Source: Christensenellaceae bacterium
Lineage (GTDB): Bacteria > Bacillota > Clostridia > Christensenellales > UBA1242
Reading direction: 5' to 3'
Length of the DNA: 64,000 nucleotides
Assembly (NCBI GenBank): GCA_031262595.1
Contig: JAISHI010000014.1
Location: 11,276 to 75,275 of the forward strand
Shown here: positions 42,265 to 49,784 of the stretch, piece after piece
Layout: the number at the start of each line of letters is the position of its first letter
How positions within the stretch are numbered: position 1 is the first letter of the stretch
The notes under the pieces: generated by a model
What the model saw: the letters and a program-made list of their open reading frames with translations, nothing else
Told to the model about the DNA's origin: nothing
Databases searched by the model: none
Made by a program: the position numbers and the translations under genes

Positions 42265-43125
42265 ATGGAATTTATACGGTTTAATAACTTAAAAAGTTAT
42301 CGCGATGCGGTTATCGCGGATTTAAGTAAGAATGAAATTCGAAACTCATCCGAAATTCAAAAGATAAGTACTTGGAGCGAACAAGAATTCGTTGATGCAA
42401 ACGGCTTGTTTGCGGTCGTCAAAGATAATGGCAAAAACGCCGCGATAATCTTTCATGCACCGCCAAAAGAATTTAATTTGTATTTTATAGACAATAAATT
42501 TAATAGCACCGTAGCAGAATTTTTAATAAAAAGTTTAGTCGAGTTAAATTGGAAAGTTGAAATCGTTTGGGCTGACAGCGAAACCGGCTTAAATTTCGCT
42601 AAAGAATATGCGAGAATTACAAACCAAAGATACGAGCAAGAGGAAACTTGGTTTGCCTATAAATTAGGAAAATTACAAAACGTTAAAAAATCTGACGGCA
42701 AAATTCGGATCGCAACAAAAAACGACAGCTATTTTATTCCATATTGGTGGCGAGAGTTTGGGGCAGAAAGTGGAGTGGGAACAGGCGATGAATTAGATAT
42801 AAATAATCGTATAAATAAATTTCTTAAATTAAAGCACGACATTGTTCTATTTATCGATAGTGACGACATTCCCGTCTCAATGGTCGGGTGGAAAAGAATT
42901 AGCGAAACGTTATGCCGTATCGGACCCGTTTATACGCCGCCGCAATTTAGGCGTTCGGGTTATGCGACGACGGCGGTTTGTTTACTTTGCGAACAATTAC
43001 AAACGAAATATAAAGATATAATGCTTTTGGCGGACGCGGATTATCCCGCAAGCAATGCTTGTTATCAAAAAATCGGTTTTGAAAGATTATTCTCAATGAT
43101 GCAATATAAGATTGGGCAATCTTAA
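42265..43125 (+). CDS. GNAT-family N-acetyltransferase with an uncharacterised N-terminal half
   Basis: The C-terminal half has the acetyl-CoA motif PPQFRRSGYATTAV and ...CYQKIGFERL. Confidence 0.7.
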   Translation: MEFIRFNNLKSYRDAVIADLSKNEIRNSSEIQKISTWSEQEFVDANGLFAVVKDNGKNAAIIFHAPPKEFNLYFIDNKFNSTVAEFLIKSLVELNWKVEIVWADSETGLNFAKEYARITNQRYEQEETWFAYKLGKLQNVKKSDGKIRIATKNDSYFIPYWWREFGAESGVGTGDELDINNRINKFLKLKHDIVLFIDSDDIPVSMVGWKRISETLCRIGPVYTPPQFRRSGYATTAVCLLCEQLQTKYKDIMLLADADYPASNACYQKIGFERLFSMMQYKIGQS

Positions 43126-43171
43126 TTGTCGCAAAATCAAAACGCGCGCGCTAAAAACTATAAGCGCGCCC

Positions 43172-43657
43172 CTACCTTATATATGCCGAATGGGTTACGG
43201 CAATCGCGAGGGCGTCGGCGGCGTCGTCGGGCTTTGGGGTTTTTTCTAAGGCCAGGATTCGGGTTATCATAAATTGGATTTGTTTTTTGTCCGCGCTGCC
43301 GGTTCCGGTTATCGCTTGTTTTATTTGGTTGGGTTTATATTCGAAAATATTCCCGCAATGATTTACGGCGCGCAGCAAAACAACCCCGCGCGCGTGGGCG
43401 ACTTGCATCGCCGTCTTAACGTTTTTCGCGAAGAAAAGTTCCTCGACCGAGATATCTGTCGGGTTATATTTTTCGATAATTAGCGCGAGTTCGCGGTCGA
43501 TAAGCGCGAGGCGCGTCGCGAATTCTTCGGTCGAATGCGTTTCGATACAACCATACCCGAGGCAAGAGAGCGAACTTCCGCTCGCGCGAATAACGCCCCA
43601 ACCCAGCCGCCCAAATCCGGGGTCGATTCCTAAAATTATCCGCAATTCTTTTGCCAA
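43172..43657 (-). CDS. ruvC: crossover junction endodeoxyribonuclease RuvC
   Basis: 161 aa. ILGIDPGFGRLGWGVI at the N-terminus and the C-terminal DAADALAIA motif. Confidence 0.9.
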   Translation of the reverse strand: MAKELRIILGIDPGFGRLGWGVIRASGSSLSCLGYGCIETHSTEEFATRLALIDRELALIIEKYNPTDISVEELFFAKNVKTAMQVAHARGVVLLRAVNHCGNIFEYKPNQIKQAITGTGSADKKQIQFMITRILALEKTPKPDDAADALAIAVTHSAYIR

Positions 43658-43660
43658 AGC

Positions 43661-44386
43661 CTACTCCCCGAACTCGCCGTTATGGAAAACGTTTTGAACG
43701 TCGTCGTGTTCTTCGAGGGTATCGATTAGTTTTTCGAACGCTTTTCGTTTTTCTTCGGGAACGTTTATATATGAAGACGGAACTTGCTCTACGCCCGAAC
43801 CTACGACTTTAATTTTCGCGTTTTCGAGAGTTTGCAGAACCTCAGTTATGTCCTCAGGCTTCGTCGAAACCTCAAAAACGTCCTCCTCGTCGGTTATGTC
43901 TAAAACAGGGCTTTCGATTAGCGTTTCGAAAAGTTGCTCCTCGGTTATGCCTTCCTTATCAATACTGGCGATGCCCTTGCGCTCGAAAAGATAGGAAACC
44001 GAGCCCGAAACGCCGAGCGAGCCGCCGGATTTATCGAACGCACTGCGAACGTCGCCCGCGGTGCGGTTTTTATTATCCGTTAAAGTTTCGACGATAAATG
44101 CGATTCCTGCCGGCCCGTAGCCCTCGTAAACAATGCTTTCATAATTCGCCGACGAACTGTCCGTCGTCGCCTTTTTTATCGCGCGAGAAACGTTATCGTT
44201 CGGCATATTATGCGACCGCGCCTTCGCGATAACCTCACGCAATTTGCTGTTGCCGTTTGGGTCGCCGCCGCCCATTTTCGCCGCAACATAAATTTCCTTC
44301 GCGAGTTTTGCGAAAAGGTTGCCTATTTGGGCGTCGCGCTCGCCTTTCGCGCGCTTAATTTTACTCCATTTATTATGTCCACTCAT
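43661..44386 (-). CDS. yebC: YebC/PmpR family transcriptional regulator
   Basis: 241 aa. MSGHNKWSKIKRAKG... with the canonical YebC N-terminus and length. Confidence 0.92.
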   Translation of the reverse strand: MSGHNKWSKIKRAKGERDAQIGNLFAKLAKEIYVAAKMGGGDPNGNSKLREVIAKARSHNMPNDNVSRAIKKATTDSSSANYESIVYEGYGPAGIAFIVETLTDNKNRTAGDVRSAFDKSGGSLGVSGSVSYLFERKGIASIDKEGITEEQLFETLIESPVLDITDEEDVFEVSTKPEDITEVLQTLENAKIKVVGSGVEQVPSSYINVPEEKRKAFEKLIDTLEEHDDVQNVFHNGEFGE

Positions 44387-44407
44387 ACGGCTAGGATACT
44401 CTTATCT

Positions 44408-45133
44408 TTATCGGTTGTCAAACTCGTTAAGCGCCTTCATTATGATTCCGGCGGCGACAGCAACGTTTAGGCTCTCGGCGAAGTCGTTCATTTTTATCGT
44501 GAAGGTTTTATGCGGAAGGGTTTTTAGTTCGGGCGAGATGCCTTGCCCTTCGTTTCCTAATATAAGCCCGAAGTTCGGGTCGTTTAGCGCGAACTCTTCG
44601 CCGTTTAAATCGGCTAAGATAAGTTTTTCGCCGAACGCGCCGCTTTTAAATTCGGCGATAAACTCGTTATAAGTTTTTTCTATAATATTTATAAATAACG
44701 ACAGCCCCGCCGAAGCGCGGATTGCCTTCGCCGAAAACGCGTCCGCCGAGTTTATTGAAATAACTGACTTAAACCCGAACGCAACCGCGCTACGAATAAT
44801 CGCGCCGACGTTCGCGGGCTCTTGGATATTATCTAAAACCAAATACGGAAAAGTTATCACGCCCGAATTCGGGATTTTCGCGACAGCGAGAACGCCTTTC
44901 GGGGTTTTAAATTCCGTTATTTCGTCGAAAAGTTTGTTCGATAAAACTTCGTTCGGCTCTATTTCGCCGCGATAATCCTCGCTCGCGAAAACGCCCGCCG
45001 CGAACCCTTTATTAACGCACTCGCGAACGAGTTTCTCGCCCTCAACGATACAAAGCCCCGACTTATCGCGCGCCTTTTTCATTTTAAGCGAATTTAATAA
45101 CTTAACTTTTTCGTTCTCACGCGAGGTAATCAT
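44408..45133 (-). CDS. SpoU/TrmH-family RNA 2'-O-methyltransferase (RlmB-like)
   Basis: Has the LDNIQEPANVGAIIRSAVAFG motif and the C-terminal SLNVAVAAGI knot motif. Confidence 0.8.
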   Translation of the reverse strand: MITSRENEKVKLLNSLKMKKARDKSGLCIVEGEKLVRECVNKGFAAGVFASEDYRGEIEPNEVLSNKLFDEITEFKTPKGVLAVAKIPNSGVITFPYLVLDNIQEPANVGAIIRSAVAFGFKSVISINSADAFSAKAIRASAGLSLFINIIEKTYNEFIAEFKSGAFGEKLILADLNGEEFALNDPNFGLILGNEGQGISPELKTLPHKTFTIKMNDFAESLNVAVAAGIIMKALNEFDNR

Positions 45134-47360
45134 ATTTAACCCTCCCCTCGCTCATCTCCGCGGTTATCTCGCGAACGCCTTGGTTCGATATAATAATTTC
45201 GGCGACTTTGTCCTCGACTTCTTTTTGGATAACGCGTTTAATAGGGCGCGCACCGAATTCTGGGTCATAGCCTTTCTCGACGATAAAATCAACGAGGTCA
45301 TCGTTATACTTAAACTCGACGCCTTTCCCCGAGAGCATTTTAACGAATTTTTCGAGTTGTAATGCGGCGATTTTCTTAACGTTTTCTTTCGAGAGCGAAT
45401 TAAAGACGATAATATTATCGATGCGGTTTAGGAACTCGGGTTTGAAATGCTTTTTCATGCCCGCGAGTATACTTTCCTCTTCGACCATAAGCGACCTATC
45501 CTCGCCGAACCCAATCGCCGTCGTTTTCTTAATCTCGCTAACGCCAACATTACTCGTCATAACGATAATCGCGTTTCTAAAACTCGTTTTTTTGCCGTGG
45601 CTGTCGGTTAGATGCCCCTCGTCGAGAATTTGCAACAAAAGGTTATAAACGTCGGCGTGCGCCTTCTCGATTTCGTCGAAAAGAACGATACAATAAGGGT
45701 TCTTCCTAACCTTTTCGCAAAGAACGCTCGCATCGTCATAGCCGACATACCCCGCCGGCGAGCCGATGAGTTTCGAAACGCTGTGCGATTCTTGGAACTC
45801 GCTCATGTCGAGTTTAATAAGCGACTTCTCGCTACTAAAAACCGTTCGCGCAAGGACTTTACAAACCTCAGTTTTCCCGACGCCGGTTCGCCCTAGGAAA
45901 AAGAAACTACCTATCGGTCGGTTCGTGTCACCGACGCCAGCCCGCGCGCGCCTAATCGCGCTCGCAATCGCATCGCAAGCCTTATCTTGTCCGATTATAC
46001 TCTTTTTAAGTTCGTCGGCGAGGTTGTTTAGACTCTCGCTCTCATCCTTCGAGATTTTCGAAACAGGAATTTTCGTTATACAAGAAACGACTTCGGCAAT
46101 ATCGTCGCTCGTTATCGCGGCGCGCTCGCCCCCAGCTCGGATTTTGGCTTTACTGCAAGCCTCATCGAGGACGTCGATTGCCTTATCGGGTAAATTCCTA
46201 TCATTTATATAACGGTCACTAAGGCTAACCGCCGCAACAATCGCATCGTATCCAATCTCGACTTTATGGAAACTTTCGAACCCCTCTTTAAGCCCAGCGA
46301 GAATCTCAATCGCTTGCTCCGTTGACGGCGGATTAACAATAATCGGCGCGAAACGGCGTTCTAACGCAGGGTCTTTTTCAATATATTTGCGGTATTCTTC
46401 AAGCGTCGTCGCGCCAACGGTTTGGAGGTCGCCGCGCGCGAGTTTCGGTTTTAAAATTTCGCCGATACCCATGCCGTTTTCCTTGTCGCCTGTCGCGGTC
46501 GCGATTGTGTGGAGTTCGTCGATAAATAAAATTATATCCTTTCGCTCCTCGCAAAGTTTTAATAACCCTTGAAGGCGGTTTTCGAGTTCGCCGCGATATT
46601 TCGTTCCCGCCATAAGGCTTCCAATATCAAGCGAAAAAATGATTTTATTTCTAAGAATTTCCGGAACGTCGCCGCTAATAATTCGCAGCGCAAGCCCCTC
46701 GACAATCGCACTCTTACCGACGCCAGCCTCGCCGATTAGAACGGGGTTGTTCTTAGTTTTTCGGCAAAGGATTTCGATCATTCTTTGCGTCTCGTCGTCG
46801 CGCCCGATGATATTATCAATCTTCCCTTGTCGCGCCTTTTCCGTTAAATCTATTCCTAAATTCAAAACGCTCTCTGGCAGTTTTTTTTCGTCGTTTTCGC
46901 GCGGATTTACGGAGGCACCCCCCTCAAATTCCGCGTTATTTGCGCTGTACGGCGTTTTCACCTCTTCTTTAAAGTTTTCTAGTCCGAGCGCAGCCAGCGA
47001 TTTACGCGATACGGCGTCGGCTAAACCCGAACGAATTTCGTTTAAAATAAATTTCGTTTGCGCTATTTTTTCCGCCAAAACGAATAACAAAACTTCGCTA
47101 ACAATCGCGCTGAGCCCGAACGCTTCTGTATATTTTTGCGCGGTTAATAAAACGTCGCTATAACCCTCGCCAGTTTCCGAAACGGAGCGGATTTCGGCAA
47201 TCGCGTTCGCCGAAACGCCTAGCGATTTTAGAATTTGTCCGGCGACGCAACCTTCATTTTTCGCGCAAGCAAAAAGCAAATGATAAGGGCGAACCTCGTT
47301 GTCGACCGTATACTGCCCTGCAATCCCAATAATCTTAATAACATTTTTCGTTAACTTCAT
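45117..47360 (-). CDS. clpC: Clp/Hsp100 ATPase, ClpC-like N-domain but no M-domain (ClpA-like architecture)
   Basis: 747 aa. Clp_N repeats, D1 Walker A GEAGVGKSAIVEGLA, D2 GRTGVGKTEVCKVLA. D1 runs straight into ...AKIRAGGERAAITSDDIAEVVSCITKIPVSK with no coiled-coil/UVR insert. Confidence 0.8.
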   Translation of the reverse strand: MKLTKNVIKIIGIAGQYTVDNEVRPYHLLFACAKNEGCVAGQILKSLGVSANAIAEIRSVSETGEGYSDVLLTAQKYTEAFGLSAIVSEVLLFVLAEKIAQTKFILNEIRSGLADAVSRKSLAALGLENFKEEVKTPYSANNAEFEGGASVNPRENDEKKLPESVLNLGIDLTEKARQGKIDNIIGRDDETQRMIEILCRKTKNNPVLIGEAGVGKSAIVEGLALRIISGDVPEILRNKIIFSLDIGSLMAGTKYRGELENRLQGLLKLCEERKDIILFIDELHTIATATGDKENGMGIGEILKPKLARGDLQTVGATTLEEYRKYIEKDPALERRFAPIIVNPPSTEQAIEILAGLKEGFESFHKVEIGYDAIVAAVSLSDRYINDRNLPDKAIDVLDEACSKAKIRAGGERAAITSDDIAEVVSCITKIPVSKISKDESESLNNLADELKKSIIGQDKACDAIASAIRRARAGVGDTNRPIGSFFFLGRTGVGKTEVCKVLARTVFSSEKSLIKLDMSEFQESHSVSKLIGSPAGYVGYDDASVLCEKVRKNPYCIVLFDEIEKAHADVYNLLLQILDEGHLTDSHGKKTSFRNAIIVMTSNVGVSEIKKTTAIGFGEDRSLMVEEESILAGMKKHFKPEFLNRIDNIIVFNSLSKENVKKIAALQLEKFVKMLSGKGVEFKYNDDLVDFIVEKGYDPEFGARPIKRVIQKEVEDKVAEIIISNQGVREITAEMSEGRVKYDYLA

Positions 47361-47366
47361 AAACTT

Positions 47367-47396
47367 ATTATAAAACTAGGGAGAACAAAAAAGCAA
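47367..47396 (-). promoter_or_regulatory. putative clpC promoter TTGCTT-18-TATAAT, 6 nt from the ATG
   Basis: -35 at 47391-47396, -10 at 47367-47372, ATG at 47360. There is no SD. Confidence 0.45.
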
Positions 47397-47397
47397 T

Positions 47398-47426
47398 TTG
47401 ATTTTAACCAAGCACCTCGTTATAAT
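47398..47426 (+). promoter_or_regulatory. putative mcsA promoter TTGATT-17-TATAAT, 6 nt from the ATG
   Basis: -35 at 47398-47403, -10 at 47421-47426, ATG at 47433. There is no SD. It sits back-to-back with the clpC -35. Confidence 0.5.
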
Positions 47427-47432
47427 AAAATT

Positions 47433-47762
47433 ATGCTTTGCGAGATTTGTGGTCAAAATATTGCGTCGCTTATACGCGGCGATTCTTTCGGAAATGAAAT
47501 TCGCGTTTGTATGCGTTGTTTAGATAAGCCGATTTTCTCGAAAGCGGATTTATTAGCCGACCTTATCGCGAACGATTTCGATATTTTTAGCGCGCCGATG
47601 ACGCCGCTAACTCCAAAACCTAAGGTTTGCCCTTGTTGCGGATATTCTTTCGAGGATTTTAGGGAGTTCGGCGAATTGGGTTGCAGCGAATGTTATAAGG
47701 CGTTCGCGGCGGAGTTAGCGCCCGTTATCGCGCGGCTTAAAAAGGCGGTTTATGATGAATAA
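47433..47762 (+). CDS. mcsA: McsA-like zinc-finger protein (activator of protein arginine kinase)
   Basis: 109 aa. CEICGQ...CMRC and CPCCGYSFEDFREFGELGCSECYKAF, as in McsA. Overlaps mcsB. Confidence 0.7.
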   Translation: MLCEICGQNIASLIRGDSFGNEIRVCMRCLDKPIFSKADLLADLIANDFDIFSAPMTPLTPKPKVCPCCGYSFEDFREFGELGCSECYKAFAAELAPVIARLKKAVYDE

Positions 47763-48744
47763 CATAACAAATATCGTCGTTTCGTCGCGGATAAGGCTCG
47801 CCCGCAATATAGAAAAAGTTCCGTTCGCGATAGATGACCCGCAATTTTTCGAAAACATCGCGCTCGGGATAAAGCAATCTTTCCCTGATTTTTATTCTAC
47901 GAAAGTTGCGGATATCGCGCCCGAGCTTGCAAGTTCCTTATTCGAGCAACATCTAATAAGTAAAGAAATCCTCGCCCACGAAAACTACGCGAGCCTTGTC
48001 GCGAACAAGAAAAACACGGTTTCGATTATGCTGGGCGAAGAGGACCACGTTCGCATCCAAGTTATAAAACAAGGATTTAATTTAAGCGAAGAATATCGCG
48101 AGGCGAGCGAGATTGCCGCCGCGCTCGAGAAAAAATTTAAAATCGCGCGGTCAAAGGAACTCGGATATATAACGAAATGCCCGACGAACTTAGGTTCGGG
48201 CATGCGCGCGAGCATTATGGTTTTCTTGCCGGGTCTTTGTTTAACCGGGAAGATTTTAAGCGTTAAAAACCTCTTCGGCGAACTTAAAATAACCTTTCGC
48301 GGCGAGAAAGGCGAAGGCAGCCGCAGCGACGGGTTTATGTATCAAATCTCGAACCAAGCCCATATTGCTCTGCGCCCAGAAGAGATTATCGACATGGTTA
48401 TAAAGGCGACGACGATAATTTGTGAGGCGGAACTCGCCGCCCAAGCGGAACTTTTTAATAAGGATAAGTTGGTTTTGCGCGATAGAGTTATGAAGAGCCT
48501 CGGGATTTTAACTTACGCCGAACTAGTTTCGCCCGACGAGGCAATCGAACACTTAACGAACTTAAAACTCGGCTGTTCTCTTAATATAATCCGCTTTAAA
48601 AACAACCGCATAATCGACGATTTAATTTTTACAACCCGCCCGCATACGTTATTTAGCCGTTTCGCAAAAAACGGTGCTCTCCCCGACCCGAACGCCGTCC
48701 GCGCAAAAGATATTAAATCGGTTATAAAGCAGAATTTACTTTAA
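47752..48744 (+). CDS. mcsB: protein arginine kinase McsB
   Basis: 330 aa. Phosphagen-kinase signature CPTNLGSGMRAS, plus EEDHVRIQ. Confidence 0.85.
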   Translation: MMNNITNIVVSSRIRLARNIEKVPFAIDDPQFFENIALGIKQSFPDFYSTKVADIAPELASSLFEQHLISKEILAHENYASLVANKKNTVSIMLGEEDHVRIQVIKQGFNLSEEYREASEIAAALEKKFKIARSKELGYITKCPTNLGSGMRASIMVFLPGLCLTGKILSVKNLFGELKITFRGEKGEGSRSDGFMYQISNQAHIALRPEEIIDMVIKATTIICEAELAAQAELFNKDKLVLRDRVMKSLGILTYAELVSPDEAIEHLTNLKLGCSLNIIRFKNNRIIDDLIFTTRPHTLFSRFAKNGALPDPNAVRAKDIKSVIKQNLL

Positions 48745-49595
48745 ACAATTCCATAACTCGCAAAAGCCTCAAACCCGCCGAGTTCGTCTATATATTGCCT
48801 AGCCTCCTCCGCGCAATCCGCGAAGGATTTTTTAATTTCTTCGCGAACTTCCCCACCCTCAAAATCTTTAACGAAAAACATAATTTCCTCGTCGCCGATT
48901 GCGCAATAAGTTTCGACGTAAGCGTTCGCGTAAATTTTCGAGATTAAATTCGAAACAACGCCGAGCGTTAGGTCGCTCTTGCTGAGGTCTTTGCCGTGCA
49001 GCCCGTTTGGGTTAAAGAGCGGCTGGTCGTTGCCGAGTTTGCGGTTTGTGCAACCCGTATCAACTTGGTAGCCGCCCTTCCAAAACCCGAGCGGATTTAT
49101 TTTATAAGTTTCGAACGGTAGGTTTTCGCGCGCCCAAGTTAAGAACTCTTCTTCAGTTGCGTTTGATTGGCAAATTACCGCGTGGTTATTATCGAAATCA
49201 AAAATATATTTGCCGTCGCTTGGGAACTTTTCGCCGATTTTTCGCGCGAACTCTGTCGCCTTTTCATATTCCTCGTTCCATTTCGCCTTAAAAACGCCGT
49301 TGTCGCCGCATTTTATCCCGCCTTTTTGGTTATCCGCGAGATGTTTATCTTGTTCCGCGATAATGAGTTCGGTCTTAACGTCCTCGCCAACGATTCGGTC
49401 GACAATAGCGTCGACTTCCTCTTCGGTAAACCTCGCGTTGCTCTCGATAATAACCTTACAATGCCCATGCCCTAAAAGAACCTCAACCGCGCATTTTGGG
49501 TTTTTCGTTTCCTTATATGCTAGGTCGATAATCGCGCCCGCAATCGCGTCCGCGATTTTATCAGGATGGAACTTATTTACTTTTTCGATTTTCAT
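48741..49595 (-). CDS. compact S-adenosylmethionine synthetase (MetK) homologue, 284 aa
   Basis: Colinear MetK motifs: FHPDKIADAIAGAIID (GHPDKICDQ), CGDNGVF (GAGDQGLMF), INPLGFWKGGYQVDTGCTNRK (INPTGRFVIGGPxGDxGLTGRK), HGKDLSKSD (SGKDPSKVD), YCAIG (SYAIG). Preceded by an S-box riboswitch and a GGAG SD. Confidence 0.6.
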   Translation of the reverse strand: MKIEKVNKFHPDKIADAIAGAIIDLAYKETKNPKCAVEVLLGHGHCKVIIESNARFTEEEVDAIVDRIVGEDVKTELIIAEQDKHLADNQKGGIKCGDNGVFKAKWNEEYEKATEFARKIGEKFPSDGKYIFDFDNNHAVICQSNATEEEFLTWARENLPFETYKINPLGFWKGGYQVDTGCTNRKLGNDQPLFNPNGLHGKDLSKSDLTLGVVSNLISKIYANAYVETYCAIGDEEIMFFVKDFEGGEVREEIKKSFADCAEEARQYIDELGGFEAFASYGIV

Positions 49596-49622
49596 TTGTT
49601 TTTCTCCTTTTCGTTGGCGAAT

Positions 49623-49753
49623 AAAAAACTCACCATTACGATGAGTTTATTTTTAAAGAAATAACGCTCATCGTTAGCCATTCGCACCTTACTTTTCAGC
49701 AGGTTGCGGCGTGGTCATCGGGGCTAATCCCTCGCACGCTCTTTATGATAGTC
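49623..49753 (-). promoter_or_regulatory. SAM-I (S-box) riboswitch with terminator expression platform
   Basis: The minus strand reads ...AUCAUAAAGAGCGUGCGAGGGAUUAGCCCCGAUGACCACGCCGCAACCUGCUGAAAAGUAAGGUGCGAAUGGCUAACGAUGAG..., matching the S-box core (AGAG, GAGGGA, CCCGAUGA K-turn, GCAACC, GGUGC-AAU). The terminator is ACUCAUC-GUAAU-GGUGAGU plus U6. The antiterminator pairs ACGAUGAG with CUCAUCGU. Confidence 0.8.
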
Positions 49754-49755
49754 GT

Positions 49756-49784
49756 TTTATAACATTTTGTTTTCGGCTTGTCAA
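49756..49784 (-). promoter_or_regulatory. promoter of the S-box leader (TTGACA-17-TATAAA)
   Basis: -35 at 49779-49784 (overlapping the stop of the upstream kinase gene) and -10 at 49756-49761. Confidence 0.55.

Noticed and set aside
47361-47432. CtsR operator expected between clpC and mcsA.
   Set aside because: Only a single weak TTTGATT/AACC resemblance is present. There is no tandem (A/G)GTCAAA heptad repeat on either strand, and no ctsR gene is nearby.
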